Shown here in pieces: positions 61,945-64,000 of a DNA stretch of 64,000 bases. A program made the translations under genes and the position numbers. The notes beneath the pieces were generated by a model that saw only the letters and a program-made list of their open reading frames with translations, was not told the origin of the DNA and ran no database searches. Position 1 is the first letter of the stretch. Each line of letters opens with the position of its first letter. Source of the stretch: Anaeramoeba ignava BMAN (lineage: Eukaryota; Protista; Anaeramoebae); assembly GCA_028826165.1 (NCBI GenBank), contig JAPDFW010000061.1, positions 248,001-312,000 on the forward strand, given 5' to 3'.

Positions 61945-64000
61945 TTGAATTAAATATTAAATTGAATTGAATTGAATTGAATTGAATAGAATATTAAATA
62001 TTGAATTGAATTGAATTGAATATTGAATTGAATATTGAATTGAATTAAATATTGAATAGAATATTAAATATTGAATATTGAATTGAATATTAAATTGAAT
62101 ATTGAATTGAATTGAATTGAATTGAATATTGAATTGAATATTGAATTAAATATTGAATTGAATATTGAATTGAATATTGAATTGAATATTGAATTGAATT
62201 GAATTGAATAAATATTAAATATTGAATTGAATTAAAATTGAATTAAATATTGAATGAATATTGAAATTGAATATTGAATTAAATATTGAATTGAATTGAA
62301 ATTATTGAATTAAATATTGAATTGAATATTGAATTGAATACGAATATTGAATCAAAATGAAATGAATGAAATTGAATTGAATATTGAATATTGAATATTG
62401 AATTGAATGAATATTGAAATTGAATATTGAATTGAAAATTGAATATTAAAATGGAATCGAATATAAATATTAAAATATTGAATATTGGAATGGAATCGTG
62501 GTGAATTGAAAAATAAAATATTGAAATGGAATTGAATTGAAATTGAATCAAAATATTGAATGGAATATTGAAATTAAATATTGAAATGGAATCGAATATG
62601 AATGAATATTGAATTGAAATGGAATGAATCGATTGAATATTGAAATGAAATTGAATGAAATTGAATATTGAAAATTGAATGAATACGAATTGAATGAATG
62701 GAATTAAATATTAAATTGAATTAAATATAAATTGAATTAAATATTGAATTGAATTGAATATTGAAATTGGAATTCAAATATTGGTGAATCGAATCGAAAT
62801 TGAATTGAAATTGAATGAATTGAATTGGAATTGGAATTGAATAAATTGAATTGAATGGAATGGAATCGAAATGGGAATTGAATTGAATTGAAATGAAATG
62901 GAATCGAAATCGAATGGAATGAATGGAATGGAAAATTGGAATTGAATATTGAATAAATATTGAATTGAATATTGGGTGAATATTGGAATTAAATATTGAA
63001 TGAATATTAAATTGAAATATAAATAAATATTGAATATGAATATTGAATGAATATTGAAATTGAATTGAATATTGAATATTGAATATTGATATGAATATTG
63101 GAATGAATATTGAATATTGAATGAATAATGAATTGAATTGAAATTGAATATTGAATTGAAAAATTGAATTGAATAATTGAATTAAATATTGGAATTGAAT
63201 ATTGAATTGAATATTGAATTGGGTGAATATTGAATTGAATATTGAAATTGAATGAATAATGAATTGAAATTGAAATGAATCAAATATTGAATTGAAATTG
63301 AATTGGAATGAAATTGAAATCGAATTGAATGGAATGAATCGAATTGAATATAAATTGAATTGAATATTGAAATAAAATATTGAAATGAAATATCGAATAA
63401 ATATTGAATAAATATTGAATATTGAATAAAATTAAATATTGAATATTGAATAAATATTGAATACGAATATTGAATACGAATATTGAATATTAAATATGTG
63501 GCAAAATTGAAATTGAATATTGAATACGAATATTGAATATTGAAATTGAATGAATGAATATGAATACGAATATTGAATAATGAATTGAATATTGAATTGA
63601 ATGAATATTGGAATTGAATATTGAAATTGAATTGAAATTGGAATGAAATAAAATTGAAATGAATCGGAATTGAATTGAATATTGAATTGAATACGGGAAT
63701 CAAATATTGAATGAATATTAAATATCACAAATCGAATAAAATGAATTGAATATTAAAATAAAATTGAATGAATTGAATATTGAATTGAATTGAATTGAAT
63801 ATTGAATTGAATATTGAATCAAATATCGAATTGAATTGAAATTAAATTCAAATATTGAATTGAATTAAAATTGAATCAAAATTGAATATTGAATTGAATA
63901 TTGAATTGAATATTGAATTGAAATTGAATAAATATTGAATTGAATTAAATATTGAATCGAAATTGAATCGAAATTGAAATTGAATATTGAATCGAATATT
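61945..64000. repeat. (AATTG/AATATTG)n microsatellite, probably intronic
   Basis: Follows the donor at 61916 and runs to the window end. Confidence 0.85.

Overview
Very AT-rich, intron-containing eukaryotic DNA from an anaerobic protist. Hydrogenosome-type presequences, flavodiiron proteins, a hybrid-cluster protein and a nuclear intein suggest a metamonad such as Anaeramoeba (inference). After splicing by eye the window holds about 16 genes: two tandem CCCH zinc-finger paralogues, an ankyrin protein, a [2Fe-2S] ferredoxin-flavodiiron fusion, a sphingomyelinase-like EEP enzyme, a PH protein, Cpn10, a CLoG1-like gene with a DNA transposon in its last intron, Hcp, a beta-helix multipass membrane protein, a bZIP-like factor, a striatin-N protein, a CHK2-like kinase, a membrane F-box protein, a multidomain flavodiiron protein, an intein-bearing RecQ helicase and a truncated histone-fold gene. 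Most long ORFs in the supplied track are artefacts of microsatellite-filled introns. The top finding is a class F-like flavodiiron protein (diiron, flavodoxin, rubredoxin, NADH:rubredoxin oxidoreductase) that appears spliced in frame to an ATG-less exon encoding an RGS domain. This is a candidate O2/NO-responsive regulator of G-protein signalling that the ORF track misses. Other highlights: the N-terminal ferredoxin-FDP fusion, three single-codon microexons in the ankyrin gene, the RecQ Walker A intein, a Sola-like transposon and a candidate AT-AC intron.
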